A DNA stretch of 64,000 bases from a virus, in the IMG/VR virus record IMGVR_UViG_3300042517_000577, positions 1 to 64,000 of that record; one strand, written 5' to 3'. Positions 16,268-27,264 of the stretch are shown piece after piece (position 1 is the first letter of the stretch; every line of letters begins with the position of its first letter). Under the pieces are notes generated by a model that made no database searches, was not told the origin of the DNA, and saw only the letters and a list, made by a program, of their open reading frames with translations. Made by a program: the position numbers and the translations under genes.

Positions 16268-16510
16268 ATGTCTAACTTACCAGTAGATCGAAACGAAGAT
16301 TATATGTACCAAATGTGGGGTACAACAAAACTGACTACAGATTATAATGCACTCAATGAAAAAAGAGTTCTTCAAGAAATTGTAAATGATGACATTGGGA
16401 AGAAGCATCATTTGAAAGAACAAACTGATCTTCACCAGAGAATTCGTAATGATGAAGATTACGATGATTGGGAGTATGGAACTGAACCTTCTTATGGTAA
16501 ACCACAATAA
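16268..16510 (+). CDS. hypothetical protein
   Basis: 80 aa, AGGA SD. Confidence 0.75.
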   Translation: MSNLPVDRNEDYMYQMWGTTKLTTDYNALNEKRVLQEIVNDDIGKKHHLKEQTDLHQRIRNDEDYDDWEYGTEPSYGKPQ

Positions 16511-16537
16511 ATATAAGTATTATATTCCTAATATAAA

Positions 16538-16945
16538 GTGCCAGTAGAATCTGCAGTATCAAGATATTTTAAAGATATCAGTTTGTCTTTTAAAAGACAT
16601 CCTGTAACCAATGATATTGCTGTGATTACAAATGAAGATGCAATTAAAAGATCTGTCATCAATCTAGTTCGTACTAGAATTGGTGAGAGATTTTTTAATT
16701 CTCTTCTGGGATCAAATGTGGAATCAATGTTATTTGAACTTGCAGATTCTGGAATTGTCGATCCAATCACAGAAGAGATTAGTACTACAATTAATAACTT
16801 CGAACCACGAGTTAATTTAAGGCAAGTAAATGTTGATTTAAGGGCAGACCAAAATGAGATGGAGGTTTTCATCATTTATGACATTGTTGGACTTGCTGTT
16901 CCTACACAAAATATAACCTTCGTATTACAACCAACAAGATACTAA
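16538..16945 (+). CDS. gp25: baseplate wedge subunit gp25
   Basis: DISLSF..HP.TND, GERFF, FEPRV motifs; synteny before gp6; late promoter upstream. Confidence 0.92.
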   Translation: MPVESAVSRYFKDISLSFKRHPVTNDIAVITNEDAIKRSVINLVRTRIGERFFNSLLGSNVESMLFELADSGIVDPITEEISTTINNFEPRVNLRQVNVDLRADQNEMEVFIIYDIVGLAVPTQNITFVLQPTRY

Positions 16946-18819
16946 TGGCATTTACTCAATTTACAAATCTAGACTTTGATCTAGTCAAAACATCCATTAA
17001 AGATTATCTTAGGTCAAATAGCACCTTTACAGATTTTGACTTTGAAGGTTCTAATTTATCTGTCCTGATTGATATTCTTGCCTACAACACTTATATTACT
17101 GCATATAACAGTAATATGGTGGCAAATGAATCCTTCTTGGATAGTGCCACACTTCGAGAGAATGTAGTTTCTTTGGCAAGAAACATTGGATTTGTGCCTT
17201 TATCTAGAAGAGCAGCAAAGGCAAATGTCTCAATGTTAGCATCTGGACTAGAAAATACTGATTTAAAGACTGCTACACTCAAGGCAGGGATTGTTTGTAC
17301 TGGAAATCAGAGAAATACTTCATACATTTTCTCAATTCCTGAAGATATTACAGTTGGTATTGATGATGGGGAAGCATTCTTAAGTGAAATTGACATCTAT
17401 CAGGGCACATTTTTAACAAAAACCTTCACAGTTGATAATTCTCAACCAAATCAGAAGTATATTTTACCAAATCCATACATTGATACCTCAACAATTCGTG
17501 TAAAAGTTGCGGTAAATGGTACAACAGAGCAATATTCTTACGTAGATAACATAATTGGCATCAATTCTCAATCACAAATCTTCTTGGTTCAGGAAATTTC
17601 TGACGAAAAGTATGAAATTTTCTTTGGAGATGGTATTTTTGGTAAAAAACCTGAGAATGGAAGTGTCATTACAGTAAGTTATATCACTACAGATGGAAAA
17701 GATGGCAATGGTGCCTCAAATTTCACATTTTCAGGCACACTAGTTGGGGAAGATTCATCAAATTTAAGTGGAAGTGTTGGTTCAGTCATCACAAATTCGG
17801 CAGCAGAGAACGGAGATAGCATTCAACCTACCGAATCTGTACGTTATTATGCTCCAAGACTGTATGCATCGCAGTATAGAGCAGTAACAGCAAATGATTA
17901 TGAGGCACTTTTACCTTCTATATTCCCAAATGTAGAATCTGTGACTGCTTATGGGGGTGAAGAACTCACTCCACCAGAATATGGAACAGTATATTTGGCA
18001 GTTAAACCAAAAAATTCTGATTATTTGTCAGAATTTACAAAACAATCAATCTTAAATTCATTAAAACAATATAGTGTAGCAGGAATTAAAGTCAGATTTA
18101 CTGATATTAATGTACTATACGTAGAATTGGATTCTACAGTTTATTATAATTCAAATTTAGTGAATTCTGTTAGTGATCTGGAATCGCAAGTTTATACATC
18201 ACTAGATTCTTACTCAAATTCTTCAGATTTGAATAGATTTGGTGGAAGATTTAAGTATAGTAAGGCATTGAGATCAATAGATGCTACAAATGATGCTATT
18301 ACGTCAAACATTACTAGAGTTATAATTAGAAGGAATATTGGTATTATCAAGAATCCAACTAATTATGAAATTTGCTTTGAAAATAGATTTAATGTTTCGC
18401 CAAGTGGATACAATATAAGATCTACTGGGTTTAAAATTCAAGGAAATTCTAAGACACTTTATATTTCAGACACTCCAAAGTCCGATTTAAAAACTGGAAC
18501 CTTATTCCTATTCTCTATTGAAAATAATAAGGTTGTTATTGAGACAACTTCTGTTGGTACAGTAGATTATATCACTGGTGAAATACGTATAGATAATATA
18601 AATGTAAGTTCTACATCTGTTGAAAATGACATTATTCAAATTGAGGCAACCCCTTACTCCAACGATATTATTGCTAGAAAATCAGTATATTTAAAACTTG
18701 ATGTTGGAAGTAGCAAAATTTCACTTGTGAAGGACATCATTTCATCTGGTGAGAATTCGTCTGGAAGTAGATTTAACCCCGAATCAAGTTATACAACAGA
18801 GTCAAAAATAAGAAACTAA
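16945..18819 (+). CDS. gp6: baseplate wedge subunit gp6
   Basis: LDFD..K, FTDFDFEGS, NESFLDSATLREN, RAVTANDY. Confidence 0.95.
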   Translation: MAFTQFTNLDFDLVKTSIKDYLRSNSTFTDFDFEGSNLSVLIDILAYNTYITAYNSNMVANESFLDSATLRENVVSLARNIGFVPLSRRAAKANVSMLASGLENTDLKTATLKAGIVCTGNQRNTSYIFSIPEDITVGIDDGEAFLSEIDIYQGTFLTKTFTVDNSQPNQKYILPNPYIDTSTIRVKVAVNGTTEQYSYVDNIIGINSQSQIFLVQEISDEKYEIFFGDGIFGKKPENGSVITVSYITTDGKDGNGASNFTFSGTLVGEDSSNLSGSVGSVITNSAAENGDSIQPTESVRYYAPRLYASQYRAVTANDYEALLPSIFPNVESVTAYGGEELTPPEYGTVYLAVKPKNSDYLSEFTKQSILNSLKQYSVAGIKVRFTDINVLYVELDSTVYYNSNLVNSVSDLESQVYTSLDSYSNSSDLNRFGGRFKYSKALRSIDATNDAITSNITRVIIRRNIGIIKNPTNYEICFENRFNVSPSGYNIRSTGFKIQGNSKTLYISDTPKSDLKTGTLFLFSIENNKVVIETTSVGTVDYITGEIRIDNINVSSTSVENDIIQIEATPYSNDIIARKSVYLKLDVGSSKISLVKDIISSGENSSGSRFNPESSYTTESKIRN

Positions 18820-18820
18820 A

Positions 18821-21800
18821 ATGAATCAAGATAAAAAAGTAGTCAAAATTAGTGATGTAGTTGAGAATCAAATTCCAGAATTTATTCTTACCGAAAATCC
18901 AAATTTAGTCGAGTTCTTACAACAATATTATATTTCTCAGGAATATCAAGGTGCTACTATAGACCTTGTTGAGAATTTAGTAGACTATAAAAATTTTGAC
19001 AGTTTTGATTCTACAAACTTAATTAAATCAACTGTAACAACTCAAGAAGTTTCTTATTTTGATGATGTCATCAATGTAGATTCCACACACGGTTGGCCTA
19101 GTCAATATGGTCTTCTCAAGATTGACGATGAGATCATTACCTATACTGGAATTGAGGAGAATTATTTAACTGGAATTTGTACGATATCAGTTGGATCTAA
19201 CGTTGCCTATGTGTCTGGAATAGATACCAGTTTATACATTGGAAGACCTTTTAATATACCATCCATAAACAAAACTCTAATTATAGAATCAGTAGATTCT
19301 ACGTCTGTTACTTTATTAAACACTGTTTTAGACAGCACCTCTGATTTTGGGTATTCTGATACCAATAATTATGCATTTTATATCAATAGTCCCAAATTTA
19401 CTGGGTGTATCCGAGGATTTAGTGGAGTAGAATCTCTTTCTGATCCAACATCACCAGAATATCTGAAGTTCTCTTCTTCCGAAGTAGACGAGCACGAAAA
19501 TACTTCAACAGTTTATAATCTAAGTAACTTATTCTTATTAGAATTCTTCAGAAAAATTAAGTATCAATTTTCTCCTGGGTTCGAGGAGTTTGATTTCGAC
19601 CCCAGAATTGATGCTCCCAATTTTATTAGTAAGGTAAAAAACTTCTATCAGACCAAAGGAACAGACGAAGCATTTAGAATTCTGTTTAAGGTTCTGTACG
19701 GTGAAGAGATTGATATCATCAAACCAAAAGACTTCCTATTCACTCCATCAGATGATCAGTGGATCGTAGTAGAGAGATTTATTGGAGAAGCAGTTAATGG
19801 TGATCCTTTAAAACTAAACGGACAGACTTTATATCAGGATCAGTATGCTTTCACAGGTGGTTTGTCTGCAAATGGTTCAATCTATAAAGTAAGTTCAGCA
19901 TCACTAGATGGAAATCAATATTATAATATTGATATTTTCTCTGGTTATTCAAATAACTTAAATCCAAAAGGATCTATTTTTGGAGAGTTTAAAATTACTC
20001 CAAAAACATATTGTACCGAAAATGTATTGGCAGGTAGTACAACTATTCCTGTAGTTTCTACAATAGGATTTCCAAAATCAGGATTTTTAGTTTTTGGAGA
20101 TCTAATTATTGATTATCAAGATAAGACAAATACTGAATTTTTAAATTGTTATAATATCACGGAAGACATTAGTTCTTCTTCTGCGATATATGCCGAAAAT
20201 TTTGCATATTCTTATGAAAATGGTGATTCTGATAAGTTGGTAAAGATTAGATTATTAAATACTATTTCTCAAATTGACACTTCTAATACTATTCTTGCGA
20301 CTAAAAATGATTTATTAAAAATTGATAATATTGGCGAAATTAAAGAAAATAAATTTACCAAGTCATTAGTTTATAATATCCCATCAATTATTACTGTAGG
20401 TAAAGTATATTCATCCATTCCTTCTGGTAAATTTGGAATTAATAAAAATTCAGGTCAAGTAAAGACTCAATATAAACATTATTTGAGAAATGGAGATATT
20501 GTAGAAGTTTATAGTAAAACTTTAAACCAAAAATTATATGATGCTGAAGTCAGTAATGTCACCGAAAAGGGATTTACTCTTAATGGCACTTCGCAATTGT
20601 CTATCGGACACAGCATTAAGTTGTTTAGGAAGGTATTCAAATCATTTTCTTCCAACTATCCGGAAGTAAATCAAAAGTTTTCTATCAACATTCAAAATTC
20701 TTATGAAGACTCTGATAACTATTATTTGACCTCTAACGGGTTCAATTTAGGAAATATTAATTCTTACAAGAGAGAGTACACTCTTGCTCTAGAAACCCCT
20801 TCTGCTGGCATCTCCACATCAATTTTAGGAAGTCATCAACTCTATGATGGAGAACTAGTCACTGTTTCAAATTATACCATTCAAGTGGTTCCAGGAACAG
20901 TTGGTTTTAGAAACAATGTTGGGATCTACACAGGTCTGTCTTTATATGCTAAAAGGATTGATTCCGACGAAATTAAATTAGCATTTACAAAACAAGATTT
21001 GTATGATGGAAATTATATCAATTTTGCAGAAACTATCTCAGAATACAGTACAGATTTAACTGGATATGTAAAAACTATTAAATTGACACTATCCAAGTTA
21101 TATGGAAATCAATTTACTAGTTCTAAATTATTCAAGAAAATTCCAAAGGATTTAACCTATTCTCAAGAAAAAACTTCTACTCCATCTGGTTCAATTGGAG
21201 TTTTTGTGAATGGGATTGAAATACAAAACTATAAATCATTTGATAAAGTTTATAGTGGAGAAATAAAATCTATTGATATTTTAGATGGTGGAGATAACTA
21301 TAGTTTATCAAATCCCCCACAATTTGATATAGATTATGGTAATGATACCACTACTATCTTAACTCCAAATTTAATTGGAAATATCAAATCCGTCTCTGTT
21401 CTCGATCCTGGGTTTGATTATCTAGAGACCCCAATAGTAAAAATAAAGGGTGGTGGGAACGATTCAGTTAGAACTGAGGTAAAGTTAAAGAAAATACAAA
21501 AAGAAATTTCATTCAACTCCCAAGATCCGAATGTTGTTATTACAACTGACCCAATCAATAAATTCGTATTTGAAGATCCTCATAGATTAGTTGTGGGAGA
21601 TGCAGTAATTTATGAATCATTTGAAAATACTCCCATTGCCAACTTACAAAATAATGGAATTTATTATATCTTCGACGTTGGAGCAGGAACTTCATTTAAA
21701 CTAGCAGCAAATAAGTTAGATGCATTTGCTGGGATTGGGACAATTAATATCGGTTCTGGAGGTAAGGGTCTTCAGAGATTTACTTCGGTGAAAACTGTTA

Positions 21801-24800
21801 GTGTTATTGATTCGGTAAATGTAATAGATTTGGAGACTGAATTCAAATACAAAAAACTTCCACTAATTAAAGAAAATGTCAATCATTATGATGATATACT
21901 TGAGTTTGAAAATCACGGATTTTTAGATGGTGACGAAGTTGAATATTCATATACTGGAACTTCAATATTAAGTACAGCAAGTTACTATTATGTCATTAAG
22001 ATTGATGATAATAAATTTAAGTTATCTTCAACTAAAGACTTATCAACCCCAGTAAATATCAGTTCATCAAACACATCTAGCGTACATTATTTCTCATATT
22101 CTCCTATTAGAGCACAAATTAAAGGCAGAATTACTAAAGTTGGGGTCTCTGAAATAGGGTATTCAGCAGACCTTTTACCAATTGTCACTGGATCCATAGA
22201 GAATGTTAATGTTTGTAATTCGAAGACATATAGCAGCACTATATTAAATTTTGAGAAACCACCAAGAATTCAAGTTAAAAAGGGAAGATATGCCTCAATA
22301 AAACCAATCATAATCAATGGAAAGATTGTGAAGGTCTTAATTCAAAATCCAGGTGAAAACTACTTCAATAATATCAGCATTCAAGTTATTGGATCTGGAA
22401 CTGGAGCAGAATTGCAACCCATTATAACAAACGGTCAAATTACAGACGTTAAAATTTTAAGTCCTGGAATTGGATACGATCAATATACAAGACTTTTAAT
22501 TAAGTCAGATGGGTCTGGAGCATCATTGAAGGCAAATATAACTCAATTAAATCTAAATGAAGTTTCAAAATACTCAAGTTCTATTTTAAATAGAGGACTT
22601 TTAGTAGGTCAAAAGCAAAATGCCAATAGAAATACTATAGGAGTATATTACTTAACTCCAACTCTTACTACAGAATTCGGAATTTCAAGTGATGCTCATT
22701 CAAAGATTATTGGTTGGGCCTATGATGGATGTCCAATCTATGGTCCATATGCATATGAAAATGTGGATGGCACTGGAAATATTATCAGAATGACTAGTAG
22801 TTATAGAAAAGTTAAGATTTCTCCATCAATCTCAAATTCAAGCACTTTAGATTGTGCTGAAGACTATGTTTATAGAGGAGGAAGGGGAACACTTGATGAA
22901 TTTAATGGAAGATATTGTGTAACCCCAGAATATCCAAATGGGGTATATGCATATTTTGCAACATCAACATTCCCCTATTTTATTGGACCAAACTATAGAT
23001 ACTCACCTGTTATTGATAACTTTGACCCACAACACACTCAAGACCTCAATATAGGAGATTTGGGCATCTTCAAACATACTTTCCCATATTATGTTGAGGA
23101 TAAAGATAATTACTATGATTATTTCGACTTCTATCCAAATATTTACAGTGAAGATATTTCTGTTATAGATGTATCGGAAGGAACTGTTGACGATATTGAG
23201 ATTATTGCTGGTGGAAGAGGATATTCTATCGGAGATAAAATTGTCTTCAATAATGAAGGAACTGAAGGATTTGGTGCAAGTGCAGAAGTTTCGGAGTTGA
23301 GGGGAGTAGGAATAAGCAGTGTATCATCAGAAACAATAACATCTTCTGACGCGACATTTATCCAGAACGGGGACACTGTGACTGTAATTTGCAATGCCCC
23401 TATAGATCTTCAAGATGAATTCTATGTTAATATAGATGGAATTTCAAATTCTCTCTATTCCACTTTAGAGGGAAATAAGAAAATAACATTTACTGAATTT
23501 ACAACAAAATTAAGTTCAAATCTTTCTTCAGGAACTGGTGCAGTAACTGAAATTAAAGTTACTGATTCGATTTCTATCTTTGATATAGATTCTCAAATTA
23601 AAATTGGAACAGAAACTCTTACTGTAATTGGATTTGATTATATTAATAACTCAATAGTAGTATCTAGGGGAAATGATTCCCTCTCTGCATCTGCTCAAAC
23701 AGAAGTTACTTTACTTCAGAATAAGTTCCAATTTAAAGAAAGTAAGGATTTAAATATTGCCACAAAGAATGAGACTTATTACTTTGATTCGGAACTAATT
23801 TCAATTGGTACTGACCTTGAACCAGCAGGTGGAAATACTATTACAAAAACTCCTCTAATAGATGGAAAGTCCGAAACTAGATTTGTTAGAAATGGTGCCA
23901 TTTGGATGCCAAATCACAAGTTCAAACACGGAGAAGAGGTAACTTATACTAGAGATCCTGACTCCGATTTCATTAGAATTGATGATTCACCTAGCACACT
24001 ACTACTCGATCAAATTTCTCCTTTATATGTTGTAGATTTAGGGAATGATTTAATTGGATTTGTTGATGATAAGACAAAGATTAATTCTACAGATGATTTA
24101 TTATTATTCGTATTTGCAGGAACTGGTAAGCAACATAAGTTAGTTACTAACAGATCTGTTGTTACAGGTGATGTTCTATTCAACCAAACTACAGTTTATA
24201 CTAATTCACGTCATAATTTACTTGTTGGGGATGTAGTGAATATTGACTTAACGTCAAAAGAAACCATTCTGTATACTGTTACCAGAAATTCATCAACTGC
24301 AAAATTACGTATAAATTCTCAAAATAATCCAGAATTAGTTACATATCGAAATCAAACTTTGGAATTTGATACCTCTGGACTAGGTTCTTCAGAATTCAAA
24401 TTATATCTTGATGAAAATTTTGAAAATGAATATCTTGGAAATAGTGATACTGGTCTTGAAGTTATAAAGACCTCTGATAAACTAACACTTACTATATCAG
24501 ATAACACACCATCAAAACTATATTATAACCTAGAAACTACCAATGATCTATATCAAGATCTTTCTGTGAGAAATGGAAACAGTATCCAAATAATTCCAAG
24601 TAAATACTCTTCAATATCAACTATTGTTGATAAGACAAATAGAACGTACACAATTAACTTACCAGTAGAACCTGAAGTTTCTGAATACTTAAGTGGTGAT
24701 TTTTCGGCAACTTATTCAGTATTAAAGTCTAATGCAACTGGTTCAATAAAAGATGTTAGAATTACTTCAAAAGGAGTAAATTATAAGAAAATTCCAACGA

Positions 24801-27259
24801 TCTCTGAAATAGAATCTACTGGAAAAAATGCAATATTAATTCCAATTACTAACAGTATAGGAAAAATTAATAAGATTGAGAGTATTTCTAATTTTATATG
24901 CCCCTCTGATAAAACTTTAAAACCATCATCAAACTTATATTCGTTAGTATATTTAAAAAATCACTATAAAGTATCTAATATAAACCTAACTTATGGAGGT
25001 TCAAATTACTTGTCTCCGCCAACAATAAAAATTTACAATGAAGACACTAACAAGATTTATGATCAAGTTGGTGCTTATTGTGAATTATCTGGTGGATCAG
25101 TAAGCAATATCGTACTTTATAATGAAGGTTCGGGACTTCCAAAGAATGGAAATAAGGCAATATTTACTGATAATTCAAATGGATTGAAGATATTAGATGC
25201 TACTTCTACTTTATCTGGAGAAAATTATCTAGTATCACTGACTGTAGAAACACCAATTTCTGGGTTCACTACATCTAGTCCAATTCCTTTTGAAGTTGGT
25301 GATGAAATTTTTGTTGAAGGGATCGTTTCGTTAGGTTATGGATTTAACTCTTCAAAATATGAGTATGAAACATTCACTGTAGTTGGAATAGTCACAAATT
25401 ATTCCAGTCCAGATCAATCTATTATTAGATATGAACTTCCAAATAGTCCAGGTACACCAGTATCTTACGATCTTGCATATGTAATCAATGCGAAAGATAT
25501 TCCAACTTGTGAGTTGACAATATCAGAAAGTGAATTTTATGCAAATGAAATAGTTGATAAAACAAAATTAATTAACAATAAAGTTGATACTACCAGCAAA
25601 TCAACAATAAAAGTTTATGATTCTTCCAATATATCAATTGGAGAAGTTTTAGAAGGTTCAAATAGTAAATCTAAAGGAACCGTTATAAAGATTGACAGTG
25701 TTATTGCAGATTTTGATGTTTCTAGCAGTAAATCAAAATCAATTGGATGGATTACTCAAAGAGGAAATCTATCGGAAATAACACAAAAATTACCAGATAA
25801 TGATTATTATCAAAACTTCTCATATTCATTGAAGAGCAAACAAGAGATATCAAAGTGGGAATCTCCAGTTTCAGACCTTACTCACGTTGCAGGTCTAAAG
25901 AAATTTGGTGATCTTCAAGTAGAATCTAAAGATTCCAATCCATATCAAATAACTACAAATGATGTTTCTGATATAAACATTTCGTTAACTTCATATGTAA
26001 ATATCAATACTATTAATGATATTGATTTAGTATTAGAAGATGTTGACGATCATCAAAATTTATATTCAGAAATTCTTAAGTTTAGAAGTCTGAAATTATC
26101 TGATTATCTATTATGCCTTAATAATAGAGTTCTCTCCATAGATGATATTTCAAATAACTTTAATACTGACGAATCATTTGTATCAATAATAATTGATACA
26201 ACTCCTACTTATGGAGATGGTTCTCTTATTGCAAAATATCTCGTATTTTTAGAGTCTACAAAATCATTCTATACCGACTTTGAGTTGCCATCACTTTCTG
26301 AAATATATTTGGCTAGAAATAATTCCGATGTTAATTTTGTTGCATACTCATATTTTGAAGATATAGAATTAGGTGCCTTCAATGCTAGAATAAGAACCAC
26401 CCTTAATAATAAATCAGAAATTGTATTGGAACTTATTCCATACAGCATATTCAACATTTTAAGTGCAAAAACTATTAAAGAACTTGTCCCATTAGACAAT
26501 GGAATAGTCATTAATGATTATGGAAATACTAGCAACGTTGCAATAACAACTTCCTTATCCTCACAGGCAATTCCATCTGAAAGGACAATTAATCTTTGTG
26601 ATATATCAGAATGCAAATCTGGAAATGTTTATGTGGGAATTTCTACAGGTCCTAACAGCATAGAAGAGTTTATTGAATTTACTTTCTTATATAATGGAAC
26701 TTCAGTGATACAATCTGTATATGCCGAGAACGAAATTAGAAACTTAGGAGAAGTTGGAATTAAAACTGGACCTTCGAGCAATATTCAGATTACATATACT
26801 GGAATTCCCAATACTGCGGTAAAACTATACATCAATGCCAATCTGTTAGTTGAAACTTCAACTAATCCAAAAGAGCAAACACTTGCTTATGGGAGATTAA
26901 ATAGTGATAGAGTTCAGTTTACTGCTTCTACATTAGACCCAGTTGGCATTACAACTATAACAAAAGATTATGCAGCATCTAAATATGTAATTGAAGTTGA
27001 AAAGACAATAGGTGCCACTGTAACTAGAAATATTATTCAAATAAACTCGGTTCATTACGATATAGTTACTGAGATTGAAAAGTACTTAAATAATGTAAAT
27101 TATGGAATTATTGGAAATTTTGATGATCTAGAATTTTCTACTATCTTTGATCCAAATCAGGGAACATATACGTTAGCATATTATCCAAGTGATTTGGCAG
27201 ATTATGACATCAAGTTTTATGAGAAAAATATTGAAAGAGCAACTAATCCACTATTATAA
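18821..27259 (+). CDS. gp7: baseplate wedge initiator gp7-like large structural protein (YHYH-like domain)
   Basis: VENQIPEFI N-terminus, FYQTKGT, IIGWAYDGCPIYGPY...LDEFNGR..VTPEYPNG.YAYF, DNDYYQNFSYSLKS. Confidence 0.85.
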   Translation: MNQDKKVVKISDVVENQIPEFILTENPNLVEFLQQYYISQEYQGATIDLVENLVDYKNFDSFDSTNLIKSTVTTQEVSYFDDVINVDSTHGWPSQYGLLKIDDEIITYTGIEENYLTGICTISVGSNVAYVSGIDTSLYIGRPFNIPSINKTLIIESVDSTSVTLLNTVLDSTSDFGYSDTNNYAFYINSPKFTGCIRGFSGVESLSDPTSPEYLKFSSSEVDEHENTSTVYNLSNLFLLEFFRKIKYQFSPGFEEFDFDPRIDAPNFISKVKNFYQTKGTDEAFRILFKVLYGEEIDIIKPKDFLFTPSDDQWIVVERFIGEAVNGDPLKLNGQTLYQDQYAFTGGLSANGSIYKVSSASLDGNQYYNIDIFSGYSNNLNPKGSIFGEFKITPKTYCTENVLAGSTTIPVVSTIGFPKSGFLVFGDLIIDYQDKTNTEFLNCYNITEDISSSSAIYAENFAYSYENGDSDKLVKIRLLNTISQIDTSNTILATKNDLLKIDNIGEIKENKFTKSLVYNIPSIITVGKVYSSIPSGKFGINKNSGQVKTQYKHYLRNGDIVEVYSKTLNQKLYDAEVSNVTEKGFTLNGTSQLSIGHSIKLFRKVFKSFSSNYPEVNQKFSINIQNSYEDSDNYYLTSNGFNLGNINSYKREYTLALETPSAGISTSILGSHQLYDGELVTVSNYTIQVVPGTVGFRNNVGIYTGLSLYAKRIDSDEIKLAFTKQDLYDGNYINFAETISEYSTDLTGYVKTIKLTLSKLYGNQFTSSKLFKKIPKDLTYSQEKTSTPSGSIGVFVNGIEIQNYKSFDKVYSGEIKSIDILDGGDNYSLSNPPQFDIDYGNDTTTILTPNLIGNIKSVSVLDPGFDYLETPIVKIKGGGNDSVRTEVKLKKIQKEISFNSQDPNVVITTDPINKFVFEDPHRLVVGDAVIYESFENTPIANLQNNGIYYIFDVGAGTSFKLAANKLDAFAGIGTINIGSGGKGLQRFTSVKTVSVIDSVNVIDLETEFKYKKLPLIKENVNHYDDILEFENHGFLDGDEVEYSYTGTSILSTASYYYVIKIDDNKFKLSSTKDLSTPVNISSSNTSSVHYFSYSPIRAQIKGRITKVGVSEIGYSADLLPIVTGSIENVNVCNSKTYSSTILNFEKPPRIQVKKGRYASIKPIIINGKIVKVLIQNPGENYFNNISIQVIGSGTGAELQPIITNGQITDVKILSPGIGYDQYTRLLIKSDGSGASLKANITQLNLNEVSKYSSSILNRGLLVGQKQNANRNTIGVYYLTPTLTTEFGISSDAHSKIIGWAYDGCPIYGPYAYENVDGTGNIIRMTSSYRKVKISPSISNSSTLDCAEDYVYRGGRGTLDEFNGRYCVTPEYPNGVYAYFATSTFPYFIGPNYRYSPVIDNFDPQHTQDLNIGDLGIFKHTFPYYVEDKDNYYDYFDFYPNIYSEDISVIDVSEGTVDDIEIIAGGRGYSIGDKIVFNNEGTEGFGASAEVSELRGVGISSVSSETITSSDATFIQNGDTVTVICNAPIDLQDEFYVNIDGISNSLYSTLEGNKKITFTEFTTKLSSNLSSGTGAVTEIKVTDSISIFDIDSQIKIGTETLTVIGFDYINNSIVVSRGNDSLSASAQTEVTLLQNKFQFKESKDLNIATKNETYYFDSELISIGTDLEPAGGNTITKTPLIDGKSETRFVRNGAIWMPNHKFKHGEEVTYTRDPDSDFIRIDDSPSTLLLDQISPLYVVDLGNDLIGFVDDKTKINSTDDLLLFVFAGTGKQHKLVTNRSVVTGDVLFNQTTVYTNSRHNLLVGDVVNIDLTSKETILYTVTRNSSTAKLRINSQNNPELVTYRNQTLEFDTSGLGSSEFKLYLDENFENEYLGNSDTGLEVIKTSDKLTLTISDNTPSKLYYNLETTNDLYQDLSVRNGNSIQIIPSKYSSISTIVDKTNRTYTINLPVEPEVSEYLSGDFSATYSVLKSNATGSIKDVRITSKGVNYKKIPTISEIESTGKNAILIPITNSIGKINKIESISNFICPSDKTLKPSSNLYSLVYLKNHYKVSNINLTYGGSNYLSPPTIKIYNEDTNKIYDQVGAYCELSGGSVSNIVLYNEGSGLPKNGNKAIFTDNSNGLKILDATSTLSGENYLVSLTVETPISGFTTSSPIPFEVGDEIFVEGIVSLGYGFNSSKYEYETFTVVGIVTNYSSPDQSIIRYELPNSPGTPVSYDLAYVINAKDIPTCELTISESEFYANEIVDKTKLINNKVDTTSKSTIKVYDSSNISIGEVLEGSNSKSKGTVIKIDSVIADFDVSSSKSKSIGWITQRGNLSEITQKLPDNDYYQNFSYSLKSKQEISKWESPVSDLTHVAGLKKFGDLQVESKDSNPYQITTNDVSDINISLTSYVNINTINDIDLVLEDVDDHQNLYSEILKFRSLKLSDYLLCLNNRVLSIDDISNNFNTDESFVSIIIDTTPTYGDGSLIAKYLVFLESTKSFYTDFELPSLSEIYLARNNSDVNFVAYSYFEDIELGAFNARIRTTLNNKSEIVLELIPYSIFNILSAKTIKELVPLDNGIVINDYGNTSNVAITTSLSSQAIPSERTINLCDISECKSGNVYVGISTGPNSIEEFIEFTFLYNGTSVIQSVYAENEIRNLGEVGIKTGPSSNIQITYTGIPNTAVKLYINANLLVETSTNPKEQTLAYGRLNSDRVQFTASTLDPVGITTITKDYAASKYVIEVEKTIGATVTRNIIQINSVHYDIVTEIEKYLNNVNYGIIGNFDDLEFSTIFDPNQGTYTLAYYPSDLADYDIKFYEKNIERATNPLL

Positions 27260-27264
27260 TAAAA

